Assembly: GCF_036321535.1 (NCBI RefSeq)
Contig: NC_087437.1
Location: forward strand, 70,744,001 to 70,808,000
Direction of reading: 5' to 3'
DNA: 64,000 nucleotides
From: Camelus dromedarius
Lineage: Eukaryota
The notes below the pieces were generated by a model. That model was not told where the DNA came from. It did no database searches and saw nothing but the letters and a program-made list of their open reading frames with translations. This document shows positions 50,691-64,000 of this stretch, one piece after another. The number at the start of each line of letters is the position of its first letter. Positions within the stretch are counted from its first letter, which is position 1. The translations under genes and the position numbers were made by a program.

Positions 50691-53600
50691 ACTAATAGTT
50701 AAGAAAATGTCCCAAACTGAAGATCGAAAGTAATCTCATGACAGTGTAATATATTGCTTCATGGAGAATTTCAGCTGTCCTATGTTGAGCAGCCAAGAGC
50801 AGAAACTGATTTATGATGTGTAGCAGTTCCTATCTTTGGTCTATTAAAGGATGATTTGGGCCTAAAAATGTTCTTCCTGAGAGGAAGAGGAAAAGGAAAT
50901 GTGAGCACAGTCTAACAATGTTTGCAAATGAAGCTGAGTTTCTTGGTGGGGAGAGGATTATTAAAGTAACTGAGAAAGTTACCAGCAACCAGACACCTCA
51001 GTAGTAAGGACGGGATTGAGAGTTTGGGCTCGTTTTGCTAAGGTTCATCACAAGTCTGCCTCCTCTCCTGAAACTGACCTAAGATCATATGTCATCTAAA
51101 GTCTTCTTCTGCCCTTTTTAAATATGAGTTTAAACATCCCGCTTCTTCACCACCATCTACCCCTCAAAGTAGTCTTCAGAGAAGGTTACTACAGTGATGG
51201 GGGAAAATGTCGTGTAATTTGAATGAACATCAGGAAAGAAAGAAATCCTGTTATGTTTATAGGTGTTTCCCCATAGAATTAAAAGATGAAGTCCAGGGCT
51301 AGATATTAGTACAATGTATTGGGACATTAATGAGTCACCTACATTGCTTGAAAGAAGTTTAGTTCTATTATACTTTGTCAACCATTTGACATCCTTTCAT
51401 AAATGGTAAATCATAATAAATACACCCAGGAATAGTGGCCTGTATAAAAACAGTAATTTATTGTTAGCTTCTGGATAACTTATTTTCACTAATAAACTAG
51501 AAAATTATATGAATCATTTCTCAATGATATTCATAAATAATGTTAACTGGTAAAATATGCAATTATATATGAAAATATACCTAGAAAATAATGCAGAATG
51601 GAAGGGACAGGGGCCTTTTCTGAAAGGACATCCTTATGAGGACATAGGTTACAGCTTCAGGGCAACTGTGAAGAGATGAGAAAACTACACTAGAGTTAAG
51701 GGCACCTAACTGCAAGTGATGTTGAATCTCATAATCAGAGTTTCTAGAATGGCCTTACAGATTATATTTCCAGGGAAACATGAGCATAATGGTATAGTAT
51801 TTATGGAATAATCTTACCCCATGTATCAAAAACAATTAGGTACTATATATGAAAGACATACCACAAATACTAAATGTACTGAGCTTATTTAAATGAAGGC
51901 TTAACAAATGGTTGTTGCTACTGTTGTTATTGTTGTTGTTTTAATTAAGGGTGAAAATCCCATAATAGAATTTCCTGCTCTTCTGCCTCCCCAGGTCTTT
52001 ATGCTGTTTTAAACCCTTCCCTCCCTTCAGTTCCCAAACTGCCCTTTCTCTGGGGAACAGAATATAAATTATCCTGTCTAAATTTCAAGAATGACTGTTC
52101 CCACGTGAGAGCATATCAAAGCTGAGAAGAGAATACAGAACTTTTAACAACCAGTGCTATTCACACTAGCTCATCTGCTACCTCCTAATAAAACTGGTTG
52201 TTAATCTTTCCTGATTTGTCTACATCTTTCAAGTAATAAAAGTGTCTAAACCATAATGCATTCTTCCAGAGAAGATAATCAGGTAACTTAATACCTCTCT
52301 GCTCAGCAGCACAATGTCCCTTTGTATCCAGTCCTGAATTGGATTGACATTTCTAGCTGACACTTTACATCAAAGGTCACTTTGCTCAGTTCACTATCTG
52401 ATCTTTTTTATTGTCTTCTAGCAAATTCCTAATTCTCAAAAAGATTTCTTCATCCCTGGCAGTATACTGAGAGCTTCCAATTTCATTATCTCATTGGTAT
52501 ATTTCATTAATTATTAAGACCTCTCTAATTGTAAGTTTCTCTTCCCAGGATAGTCTGAGACCCAGCATTAGCGATACTAATAATCAGAATATTGTGAACA
52601 TTGAAAGTATATTTAAGTTGGGCATAACCCTAAACTGCCAAGGGAATAGAGAATTCCCAAGTAGAGAGAGCTCTCCTAACTGTAATGATTTCATAAGGGC
52701 CCATTCATTACCTAGTAAATTTTCTGAAAATGGAATGAGTCAATGTGAGTAAAAGATTTAGTTTCCTTCAGTTATTTATGTTGAGCCATTCATCTCATAC
52801 AGGTTGGAAAACAGTATTTGAGGCAAGACCAACTAGTGTTTTGTGACTTATCACAGATGCTACATTCTGAAAGGTATCTTTTCTTTTTCCCCCAGATTTG
52901 GCTATCTCTACCCCCTTAAAAAAAGAAAAGCATAAAAATATTATGATCTAATAAAATAACAGAACTTCCAAAACCTACTTACCAAAAAATAAACTGTAGT
53001 CATTAAGCTTAATTCTGTCAAGGTTATTGACAAAAAAGATTGGACAGAAATTAAAAATCAAAGGTACATTAGGAAATAACATCACAGAAATATGAAAAAT
53101 ATGGTGTCCTTTCTAGAATCTAAAAGCCCTGAAGATACAGTACTGCTACTAGAACTAAGGGATATAGAATCAAAAGAGAGATCACAAGAGAATATCCAGT
53201 CTTAAAAAAATATGTCTGAGAGCTGAGGAAGAGATATATTTCAGATAAAACTTTCAAATAATAGAGCATTTGCCAAGGTATGAATAGTCTATAGAGTGCA
53301 AGTTGGCCCATCTCCCAAGGAGATTTGATAGTAAACGTAGATGAGATTGGCAGTGTAGGGAGGATTTAAAGGAAAAGGTCAATATAGGTTAGACGAGGAA
53401 ATGGAGCTGTTGGGAGATATTTTGAAAATCATGAGTTCATACTATGTAACTGTTCGTCTTTAGCCTATTTTGTGGAAACAATGTGTGAGCAAATCCAGAG
53501 ATGGAGGGAAGCCCACAGGAAGGAAGCAAAGAATTAACTTTTTACAGGCACCCTTATTCTGTTTTTTTTTTTTTTTAATGTGTTTATATTGGATAGTGGG

Positions 53601-56600
53601 ACGTTGTTACTTTCCATTGATAGAGAGGATAAAAAAAGAAAAGGAAAAAAGAGTGGAAGGCAACAATACCTACATTATCTCCCAATGCATTTCTGAATGA
53701 CTCTGATCCAACTTTCAGTTTCAAGCTGTTTAAATCTATGTCACTGACGGCCCCAAATCTAGTGCTCACATGTTTAGGACAATTAAAGTCAGCAGGGTCT
53801 GTGGCTCCCTAACCCAGGCTTTATTGTACAAGGAGTAAACAGCCACTTGCAATTTAGTAAGTAAGTGCAGGTCTTTCATGATGCACATACCAGCTCCACT
53901 GAAAACCGATCAATTTCTGTGCTTGGCAGTGGCATTCATAAGGCCCCTACGGAGCATTATCCCATGCCTGAGGGTCATTACTCTTCCACAGAAGCACTGA
54001 CAGATGTGATGAATGGCGGTACCTGGGAAGAGGAGCGTTTGGATGTTTAAACAGATTACATTTTCCTTTTAGAGCAGTAGGCATTAGATCACATCTTAGA
54101 CTGTCTACCCATGTGGACAGTGAGGATGAAGTCAGTGCAACTCGTATGTGACTAGTGAGATTCAGGTGTCCCAATAATCGTTCCTTTGAGAGGAAATGGA
54201 CTTGACTTTGCATCCTGTCACGATATTCTATGTGTTGCCAAGCAATAGGTGATAGCCATATACAGCTGTAGAGATGCTGGGCTTGTCAACAGGCGTGAGA
54301 TTCCGTCCATCACTGTTATCTACAACAAGACTCATTACCTGTCAGCCAGTAAACATCCCATTTACACCATCTGCAATGAATTAAAAAGTGACGAAGAGAA
54401 TCAGGATCTGTTTGACTTGCTACGTGATTGTCAAGTTCATTTTCATCTCTGGAAGCCATTCAGTTCTTTGGGAGACTTCAGGGGAAAACGAATGATGAAG
54501 AAGCCCAGGAATAGTCTGGCAGTGACAGTGGTCAGGTTTTTAACCAGGAATTTACAATTACAATTAATTTCTTAAAGTGTAAGAAAAATCCAGGTCTTTG
54601 TTAATTCCACTTTTCAGCACTTCCCTCCCTCTCTGGTTTTCGGGTATGCGGGAACTAGGAACCAATGTTTGATACTCCTAAATTGATGCTGACTACAGTG
54701 AGAAATATTTCATAAAAATGTATACTTCAACATAAACTCTGAGGCAAAATTGCCACTCTATCCAGAGAGGAGGTAATGATTACTTTCTAATTTACACGTG
54801 TAGTGATTTCTTTGACAAGTGCAAATTCCATGTGCTATGGTAAGGTTCTCTGTAATTGTTCCTATTTGAAGCAGTTATTTGGGGTATTAAAAAGATACAG
54901 AGGTCTGCTTGTTTTTGCACCTTCTTTTTTCTTCATCAGATATTCCAACAACAAGGAAGTAACTTCATTCTTACCTCGAAGATGGGAGTTCTCAGTGTTG
55001 CCCAAGGTACTGCTCTGAGCAAAGAGACCAATTCTGAAATGAGGATATTGAAGATAAGCCCTTCTGAAAATAGCCCTGGCCATGCAATAGGATTTTACTC
55101 CCAGAAATCCATCTCTTCCACAAATTGCCCTTGTGGTAGTAATATAGGAAGGAGATTATATATTACCTCATCTCCTTACAGAGAAAAGGACAAGTGCTGT
55201 GGGAAAGCTTTGTGTCTTTTAATCATTCTAGGCATCCCATGCCTTCAATATTTCATTAAAAAGGTCTTCAGTTGCTGCTAGAAAGACACTCTAGTGAGAG
55301 AGAAAGAAACAAAGTAATGAAAATGATGACCTCATCTGGAAAGTCTTGCTAACCAAAAGGGATAATCCATCTGTGACCCCGTCCTCAAATATCTGTGAAG
55401 CAGACAAGGATAGAAAGGTAGCATGAAGTTATGACTAACTCTTCAAAATTTTGCTTGGTATCTGTTCCATCTGATACTATAATTTAGCAGAAGACATCTT
55501 TTTTTTTTTAAATTACAAACTCATCTTTATGTTTAGGGGAAAAAATGTAAACCTCTCTGTAGAAGATTTTTAGGGCTACTGACCTTAACTATGCTGGAAA
55601 TAAGGAAGAGAAATGTCACATTGTGGGAATAAGGAACCTATTTTGCAGAACCTAGCAAGGGAGTGAGTTTCATTCTCCCTTCCTCTTCTCATCTACCCAA
55701 TCCTGAACTTGTACATTGTATTCATTCCATTAGGGCAAAGTTAATTGCTGGTGAGGTCACATACAAGTATAGACTTTGCTTTCTGATTATATTGAGTCAT
55801 TTCAACCCCAGACAGCACATTTTTGAACTACAAGTAAAAAGACGATACCAGATAAGTTATACTGTGAATTTATGGTGTTCATTTTAACTTTAAATTTACC
55901 AGCCTAATACAAAGTTTGAGTTAGGAAAGCAACAATCTCTAACAGCATCAGAAAAGGGAAGCCCAGTATCCTTTTTAGTAAATGTACACATAATCAAACA
56001 CAAAATCATGATTTTTTTTCACTGTTTTGCCAAGGACCAAAGGAATACTTTAGGAAGGATGGTAAGATGAGGCCAAGTGTTTGGCAGAATGGAAGTTAAA
56101 TTATACTTCAATTTATTACATTTTTCCTACAAAATAATGTACATGCCAAAAATTGGTAAAAAAAAAAAAATGAGCTACTATGCTCATGAAGTAGTAATAC
56201 TTTATGTACCACATCCTAGATCTATGAAGAAAACAAAATGGTGGAGTTCTTAAAGTCTGTTACAATGCACTGATATCTAGTTGCTTTGGCAGTCTTCTGG
56301 TAAAGTCTTGGACTGGATTTCTTCTGAAGCCTAAAAACCCAGTTAAACATGAGGCATTACTCTCAGTTACTTTCTTGGCAAGACACTATTTAACTGTCCT
56401 GTGAAATAAAGATTTAGAGAGAAGAGGGTAAATTTTTGAAGCTACACTGAAGATACTTCTTGGAATAACCCAACATCAGTAATCCAGCTTGGACTTATTT
56501 TTTGTGTTTATATAAAACAGTGTTGTTGAAAATAATAATTCTGAGGTCAGAAATGTAACACAAAGTAATAGGCGCAATCTTCACATGCATCAACCATCCA

Positions 56601-56701
56601 AGCTTCCACCTTGGTCATGAACGAGCAAATAGAGAGAGACCATATTGGAATACCCGACCTCTGTGTCTAGCTTCATCTTAGTCTACCAAACACAAGAAAT
56701 T

Positions 56702-56728
56702 TGTGTGTGTGTGTGTGTGTGTGTGTGT
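56702..56728. repeat. (TG)n microsatellite (~13 units)
   Basis: Read directly. Confidence 0.95.
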
Positions 56729-57559
56729 TCTAAACGACAACATACATGGATCAAATTGTTGGGTATAGCAGCCAGTGGCCACATCTGCAGCAAAGACTTT
56801 TTTGTGGGAGCTCCTAAAGCTTATAACCATGGAGTGAACCATAATTATATTGTTTAGAAACTCATGTAAGAGAAAAAGCTCTTTTGACTTTATTTCCCCC
56901 ATTAATGTTGGACTGTTTTGGAAACAGGCCATAAGAACATTTACTGAACCTCTGTAATTTTTCTCTTATTTCAGTGGTTGTAAAGTAGAATTGAGTAGTG
57001 AATGACTGAGGGAAATAAAATACCAGGAGGACTCAAGTAAAAAGTTCAAAAAAGTGCCACTGTCCTTGACTTTATCATCTTTTTGGATTAGATTTCATAA
57101 TTCTTGAGGTCTTCTCCATTGATGTCTGTTGCTGGAGAGCTTTAACTAGAGACAAAATAATAAGGAAATACAGTTAAGCTGTAATAGTAAATAGATACTG
57201 ACATATCTAGGGTCTCCATGTTGTTAGCTGCAAATGTTTCCATTTATTTGTAGAACTAAAAGTGTCCTGAAACAATAAAAGTTCTGTGAGGTTTATTTCT
57301 TTGAAGATCGTATTGAGTTTACAGAAACATCTAGGGCACAATCAGTATGTCTGGTCATAGTCTCACATCTACTTACTTCCTTTCTGATTTCACAAGTAAT
57401 GTACTTAATAGGCTAAGAGAACATTTTACATTGAGTATCACATGATGAGTGGCAACTTTACTTAGAATAAGTGTAGAATCTGAAATATTATATGTAGCTT
57501 CCATAGAAGAGCCCCTTTGTTCTGAATAACGCACCTTTGATCTAACAGTCTTGCATTGG

Positions 57560-57868
57560 TTGCATATATTTCCCTTTCTTCATTCTCATCTGTCAAATGT
57601 GTATCCTTAAGGCTTATCTCAAATGCCACTATTTTTATGAAGCCCTTCATGCCTACTTCTCTTCACATTTCTCTATAGCAAAGTCATTGATTCCTCCTGT
57701 GGACCCCTCACAAATTTTTGGTGGTACTTTTATGAGACTTGCTACTTAATTTGCATCATCATCTGATATTTGTCTAATTTCTCTGCTAGATGCAAATTCT
57801 TTAAGTGAAAGAAGTTTATTTGGTATAATGTCTTAGTAGATTCTCAATAAATATTATAACTGAAATTG
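57560..57868 (+). mobile_element. LINE-2 3' portion
   Basis: atccttaaggcttatctcaaatgccactatttttatgaagcccttc...ctagatgcaaattctt...tagtagattctcaataaatatt. Confidence 0.7.
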
Positions 57869-60669
57869 AATCTCTTTCATTGTAAACAGGAAACTTTTCT
57901 GAGAGTTTTCCATAATACTTAAAGAAGGACAGACTGACCAGTAAAAACATCTCCATATTCAAAATTATTAAGATAATCAAAATAATTTTTAATCCTTGTG
58001 ACTCTATGAGCTCCCTTTGTTTCAAATGCTTAGGAACCTTTTACTCCAGATCCCCTTTGAAAAAATTACCTTAAGCTCTATATGTTCAAAATAAAACTCA
58101 TAAATTATGATTTTTAAAAAGGAGGTAAAATACACAAATGAGAAGAAAATAAAGAGATCAAGAATGGGACTGGAAAATAAGAAATTATAATTTTCTTCCT
58201 AAGTGGTGAATGGAAGTCCTCAAAGACAACTAAAAAAAGTTACAAAGCTGAAACAACACATTTACTGTCTTCAAGGCTTCCTCCATAAGTGAAGAGGAAA
58301 CAGAGTTGAAGAATAGCAGTCTTGTCCAGTGTCAAGCTTACACAAAGCTATAGACAAATCAAATTGCAGTTTGGACTTCAGTTTTTTCACAGTGATTGTG
58401 AATCAGTTTGAGAAATGTATGTGCTCCATGCAAGTCATCAACCAAGCTATGGAATACGTGATATGAATACAACTAACCACTGAACTAAAATATACTCAGG
58501 AAATATTTTAACTGCATAAGAAAAATAGGATTAGATGTGATAAGTGAGAAAAGTTAAAGAAAATATAGTCATAAAAAAGTAGAAAGAATACTTTATAGAA
58601 AGAAAATTGAGAAAGCACAGTGAGAAAAGCAGAATAGTAGAAGTAGGGTAGTTGGCGTTGATTGCTCCAGCAAAAATGTCAAGTACAAGGCACACTTCTT
58701 AACTGACAGGTTAACCAAAAGTCTAATATCAGCATCAGTTTAAAAAAACACAAGTCAACTTGTTACCCGTTATGAAATCAGCCCTGCCCACAGCTTTGCA
58801 GGAAAGAATATTCTTAGTGTAATGAGTTAGAGAAATTAAAAAAGAGGAAGGCTCAAAGGAGGACAGTAGTAAATTGTTTATGTCCTAAATTGGGCATCAT
58901 TAGCACTTTTATAGTTTAGTGGAAATTGCTGTGTGAAAGCCAAATTTCTATTTACAAAAAGAAAATGATGCTGTTGTGGAGAATGGTTGTACTGCATAAA
59001 CTTAAGATATGAGGAGCCATTGTGGCACCAGCAGTAGTACCATGGTGGCAAAAATCAGCAGTGAGGATATACGTTGAACATTTAACAGAATTTTGCCTTA
59101 ACTTCAACATTTAACTTAATATATTTTATTAACTTAAATATATTTCAGAAAAGGAAGTAGAAATATACGATTGATAGAAGAATTGTGTATAATTGACCCC
59201 CTCTACCATCATGTACTGTAAAATTAACACAATCCATCTTAAAGAAAGTATTCAACACACTAACACACAAGGTGGACTGCCTAAGAAAAGGTCTCGTTTA
59301 CAGTTATAAGGACTGGTGAACAAGACTATCTAAAATGAACACATAAAATGCTCTTTGGTTGGATAGACTTTTAATGAAATGTCATAAAAGGATTTTGTTT
59401 CCTTGAATAAGAGGAGCATCTGCCATTGTATAGAATAACTATAGAATTGTCATCCTTCATATTTTCTCAGTAGCCAAAGGTCAGAAATAAATATAGTAAT
59501 ACCTTGGTATATTAAGAGGTTTCCATATGTTTGTTTATTTCTTTGAGTACTTTTTTCTTTAACCACTGGGAAGAAGTTACTTTCTTAACCATGACTAGTT
59601 TTCTTCAAAGTAGGTTTTTGGGTCTTAATAATTATGAAGAAATGAGATTCCTACATCCATTTTTTATGCATTTTTTTTGCTTTATATTAATGTTTAAGAA
59701 ATAATCCAGCTATGTTTTTAAAACTTGATTTCCTTTGTTATACTTATGGATGAACTCAATTCTGAGACTATCTGAGAGCCTGGGGCTCTCCAGCTCCTTA
59801 CACATCAGTTGTATGAGAGGAGGGAATTGACATAAGAGATCAATACCGCAGGTCAGCTCCCCGCAAGTTTCCATCGTACCTGAACTGAGAATGAACAGAG
59901 GCTGCCGCCATTGGATTCCTGCACAGTGCTTTGTGCAAAAAAGTGTAAATTTTCCTTTTTCTCAACCCCAAACAAGCAGGAATCCACAATATAATTGATA
60001 GTCATCCTAATACCATGGCCATAAAGCCAAAATCTGAGTGAGGCATAGAATATGCACATAGACGTGTATCCCTTCTGGGGAACCATAAGGTTTTCGATCA
60101 GAACCGATCTCAGTAGAAATTTAAATCAAATTAACCGAAAGAGCTATCTTATTCATTGGCTTCATTTTAATGCATCAATGCTATTTGAGAGAAAAGAAGA
60201 TATCCAAGTACACTAAGAAAAATTACTTGATTATAAATTGTGTTGAGACACTGCATCTCTCATTAATGAAAGCACAACTATGTCAGTGGCCTAAGAATTA
60301 TAAACAATAGAAAATTAATACAAAAATGAAAATATACCCTTTAAATAATGTTGCAAATAAATAGGTTTACACTATCTTCCATTCAGTCATGGTCTCCTTA
60401 TTGTAAGCTTTACACACAGTTGTATTGTAAAACTTACACATATATGGGCCCTTAATAAATATTTGGTAACTGAATGAAAGTTGTAAGCTGTTTTTTAGGT
60501 AACATTTGGAAAAGGGGGCTTCCTTCTAAATCTGCAGACCTGTAGTTTACACACACACATGCCCCTAATCATTTGGATATCCCATCACAGCGCAAAGCAC
60601 CTTACACTCCAGGAATCCGTTTTCTTTTCCCGTCACCTTCCTTGACACCCTTTCCTCAGGCTCTGGCAC

Positions 60670-61550
60670 TAGGATCATTTTCAAATTCTCTTCCTTTGCC
60701 CTTCACTTCGCATTTCGTCAGTCACTAAATTCTACCGGTTTACCCCCAACGGCATCTCTTCACTCGGCCTCTTTCTTCTCTTTGTTTTCAGGACCTCACA
60801 GGGGGCCTTGAGCAGATGGCCCTCATTCCCTTTCTGAACTGTCAGAAATAAGCCACCCTTCCTTCAGGCTGTTTTCAGAAAACAGAGCTTTAAGCATCTA
60901 GAACAATTACTCTCGCCCATCATTTTCTTCATCTCATTTCCTGGCCTAGGATTATACGCTTCTTCTTTTCTACCTATAGATTAAAACCCAAATTCCTCAT
61001 CTGGCTATAAAGCTCCTCCACTACAAATTATTCTCCTTGGCCTCTTTCTTCCCCAGTTCCAAGGTCCCCATCAACTACTGTTTCCCCTAAAGCAGAATGA
61101 ACGAAGGTTTGGTTTGACTTCTTGGCAATCTTCTTGACCAGATGAGTGGGTTCCTCGTATGGCTCCATGCACCTGCAGTGACCCTCCTGCTCTGATTGCC
61201 CTGCTTTCTCTACATCAGCCACGTCAGCCACTGGCCCTTTCCCCCTTCCACGCCTTTGTCCATGCCCTCTCTCCACTCTGTGACGTTCTTCTCTCTCACA
61301 CTTCAGAAACTGTAGATCCATTGCTCCCTTCCACATTCTTTCTTATCCTATTACCCTAAAGTCTTTATATATCCTGTCAGTACTCACTTTTCTGTTGATC
61401 TAAAAGTATTAAGTAGTTTTGCCTTTATAGGTTTTCTTGTTCCCTCATTCCCAGCAAGACTACAAACATCTTAGAGGAATAGAAAGCATTTCCTTAAGTG
61501 TGGTACAGAATTCTCCACATGGAAGTTCTTCAGTAAATGTTTGCTGGTTT
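60670..61550 (+). mobile_element. LINE-2 fragment (~0.9 kb)
   Basis: Pyrimidine-rich; cagtcactaaattctaccgg; cctatagattaaaacccaaattcctcatctggctataaagctc; agactacaaacatcttagagg...cagtaaatgtttgctg. Interior may be interrupted. Confidence 0.65.
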
Positions 61551-62574
61551 CTTAAGGCAGTATGTGACCACTAGGTCTCAATAAAACATTTGGATTCTCC
61601 AGTTATGATTAAAAATAGCCATGTGCTGCAAAAGGACTCACTGCACATCTGTAACCCACTGGTCCAGGCTAGGAGCTTGAAAGTGGTTGAGCAACAGGAC
61701 TCTTACACGGGGGTGTTCAGTTGGGAGGCCTTGAATATGGTCTACCATGTGAAGAACATCAAAGGATCTATGTTTCCTAGCCAAGCAATCGTTCTCAGAG
61801 GCAGTGGGCCAGGTTCACCATTCAGTAGAGGAAGTTTGCCAAATGTTGTTATAATATTCAAATGGGTTTGTCCTTAAATGAGCACATCTGATGAGCATCC
61901 CCACCCAGGCTGCTCTCTGAAGATGTAAGTGGGCAGCAAAGCACAAGTGCGACTCAGTCGGCTGCCAGAGACTGACTGGCTCCAAAAACATCCACACCCA
62001 CCACTTCACACTGCGCACAATTTTACTCTAGTTTTGCCAGCCCAGTGCCTGAGAATTACCAGTGAATCAGTAAGGGAGGGAGGCCACCAGCATTTTTCCT
62101 GTGCTTATAGATCTCAAAAATTCTTTCTTAGAAACTTTAACTGACTCTCTGAAGGTCCCATGGGGACAGCTATTATGTAAGAAAATCTCCTTCTGACTCT
62201 ATTTTAGCCCACCTAATAAAATCTGATGGAGGCACATGGATTGCTTCAGGGAACATAGTTTCAGGGTTAAAAAAGACCTAGAATTAAATTTTATATCTTG
62301 CTCCCAAAGAAGGGCTGTCTCTGAGAGTATATGGAAAGGCCTGTTTTGGCTGTGAATTAAAGAACCATTTTATGAAGATGGTTCAGATCAAAGATTTGAA
62401 GAGAACATTACTTTAACCAGAGGCTTGGATTATGTCTTCTTGAGTGATGGTGTGGACCCCCTTCCTCCAGCCTGATAAAGAGACGCACTACTGAGAAACC
62501 TTTGGTGTCCCTGCAATGGGTTGTCCGTGATAGCAACACTCACCTGCACCATAGCTCACCTTGCTGACCTCTAC

Positions 62575-62738
62575 CTCACTGCAAGGTAGGCATTATTATC
62601 CCCAACTTACAAATAAGAAAAAAGTTTAAAATGACCTAGTGGCTTGCACATAGTGTGCAGCTAGTAAGTGACTTTGGTAAACAGCCTGATCTCTCTGATG
62701 CCAAAACAAGTGCTCTCGGTCCCCGCTCTGCTACCTTC
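62575..62738 (-). mobile_element. MIR SINE (antisense)
   Basis: gcaaggtaggcattattatccccaacttacaaataagaaa...gtggcttgcacatagtgtgcagctagtaagtgac. Confidence 0.8.
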
Positions 62739-63649
62739 TAACTGAACAACACAGCAACACGCGAAAGCATTTTGCAAGCTATAAAGTGATACACAAATGG
62801 TAGTTTATGTGGGAAACAGAGTCCTGAGAAGGACAACATTCAGATTACCCTGAAAAGAGAATAAATGGCTTTTATTCTGAATACTTTAAAGATACTTGCA
62901 GCCCCTTCAGTTATGTACAGAAGGCCTTCTGTTGTTCTTCTGTGGCAGCCAGAAGCATCCAGTTCGTATTCCTTTGTGACTAGCCTGGCCAGGAGCATAA
63001 ATATCCAAAGGGGGTTTTCCCTCCTTCATATACAGGGATGCTCATGGATAAAGCCACCCAAGGAGAAAGAAGAGATGTGAGCAGAATTCTTGTATTTTAA
63101 AGTGTGTATCAACTTTATGATCTATTTCATTTAGTTTTCTGACAAGGTTTCTTCATGGTAGCTGCATGAAATAGGTAGTCATTCCTCTAAATACATTGAT
63201 AGACTAAAAGTAGCTCCTAGAGATACTATCTTCCATGGTCTAGACGCTAAGTAAATACAGACTGAATGAGGGAGTTTTCAAACTAGCTGGGAGATACCCT
63301 ACACATTTGAAAATCCAGTTTTTAAGAGCACTGTATGTAATTTTATTGGTGCTAGGTAATATATCTTTTTTATAAAATAGATTTCTTCCCCCAAATCACT
63401 GTGGGGTTTTTTTTAATTGATTTGTTTTCCTTATTTTAAAGTTGGCTCTAGTTGGCAATTCTCAGCGTTTTAGCAAAAGGATAATTTGTAACCAAACACT
63501 TAAATGATATAAATAAACTATTATTTCAAAATGCTTTAATGAAATGAAACATAAGTGATCACTGTTCTGAACTTCATTTACCTCATAACCAAAGCCACTG
63601 AGCTTAGCTATGACTAATCTTCCCTGAATGGTAATAGGAGATGGGGTTT

Positions 63650-63747
63650 TGTGCTGAGAGAACAGAACCCTGGACCCTTTTGTTCACTGCCTTGTGTCAA
63701 ACATAGTAGGTGCTCAATAAATAGTTGCTGAATGAATTAATGAATTA
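63650..63747 (+). mobile_element. LINE-2 3' terminus
   Basis: ttgttcactgccttgtgtcaaacatagtaggtgctcaataaatagttgctgaatgaattaatgaat. Confidence 0.8.
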
Positions 63748-64000
63748 CCTCTAATTTGTCATTTAGTTCTGTGAGGTTTCCTGGAGTAAGGAGGGAGTGT
63801 TTAAGATAACAATATTTACCTGTTTCCTGAGATTTTTTTCACGCTTACTCTTAAAGGTAAATTTTGTATGAAAATCTTTAAAAAAAAGGACTTCAAGAGT
63901 TTTTGAGTTGAGCTATCATAAAAAAAAGAAGTCTTTCCTCTCTCAGAAAGTAGCCATTGCTTTCATTTTTGTCTTTATGACCACTGAAACCTTAGCTTTC

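Noticed and set aside
54349..54358. gtaaacatcc, resembling the miR-30 family 5' end
   Set aside because: Match stops after 10 nt and there is no complementary arm for a precursor hairpin.
54856..55281. 141-aa plus ORF
   Set aside because: Non-ATG start, no recognisable homology, no splice context.
62865..62878. atggcttttattc, resembling miR-135
   Set aside because: Only a partial, imperfect match with no hairpin.
1..64000. A novel multi-gene or defence-type system
   Set aside because: No intact long ORFs, gene cluster, RNA gene or foreign-composition insert is visible; the content is explained by ordinary mammalian repeats and non-coding DNA.

Overview
AT-rich, CpG-depleted placental-mammal genomic DNA that looks intronic or intergenic throughout. 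I see no recognisable protein-coding exon, RNA gene or CpG island. The only ORFs with recognisable homology are decayed LINE-1 ORF2 C-termini. The window is dominated by interspersed repeats: five lineage-level 5'-truncated L1 copies (two with near-perfect target-site duplications, one with a twin-priming 5' inversion), an ancient ~5 kb L1M/L1ME relic that appears to span ORF1 to 3' end, many L2, MIR and one L3/CR1 fragment, an MLT1D-type solo LTR, and three DNA-transposon relics (MER5A1-like, MER47/Tigger5-like, MER44/Tigger7-like). It also has microsatellites and small tandem repeats. The L1 3' ends, with no recognisable Alu, B1/B2, Bov-tA/BovB, PRE-1, CanSINE or ERE SINEs, suggest a cetartiodactyl, probably a camelid (inference). 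Repeat family names come from remembered consensus sequences, not from a search. The best leads in unique sequence are speculative: a promoter-like segment with a short ORF and splice donor (~47.08-47.46 kb), a minus-strand TATA box plus small ORF (~25.76-26.09 kb), an enhancer-like motif cluster (~3.5-4.05 kb) and a possible pair of non-coding minus-strand exons (~53.9-54.4 kb). I found no convincing evidence of a new biological system.
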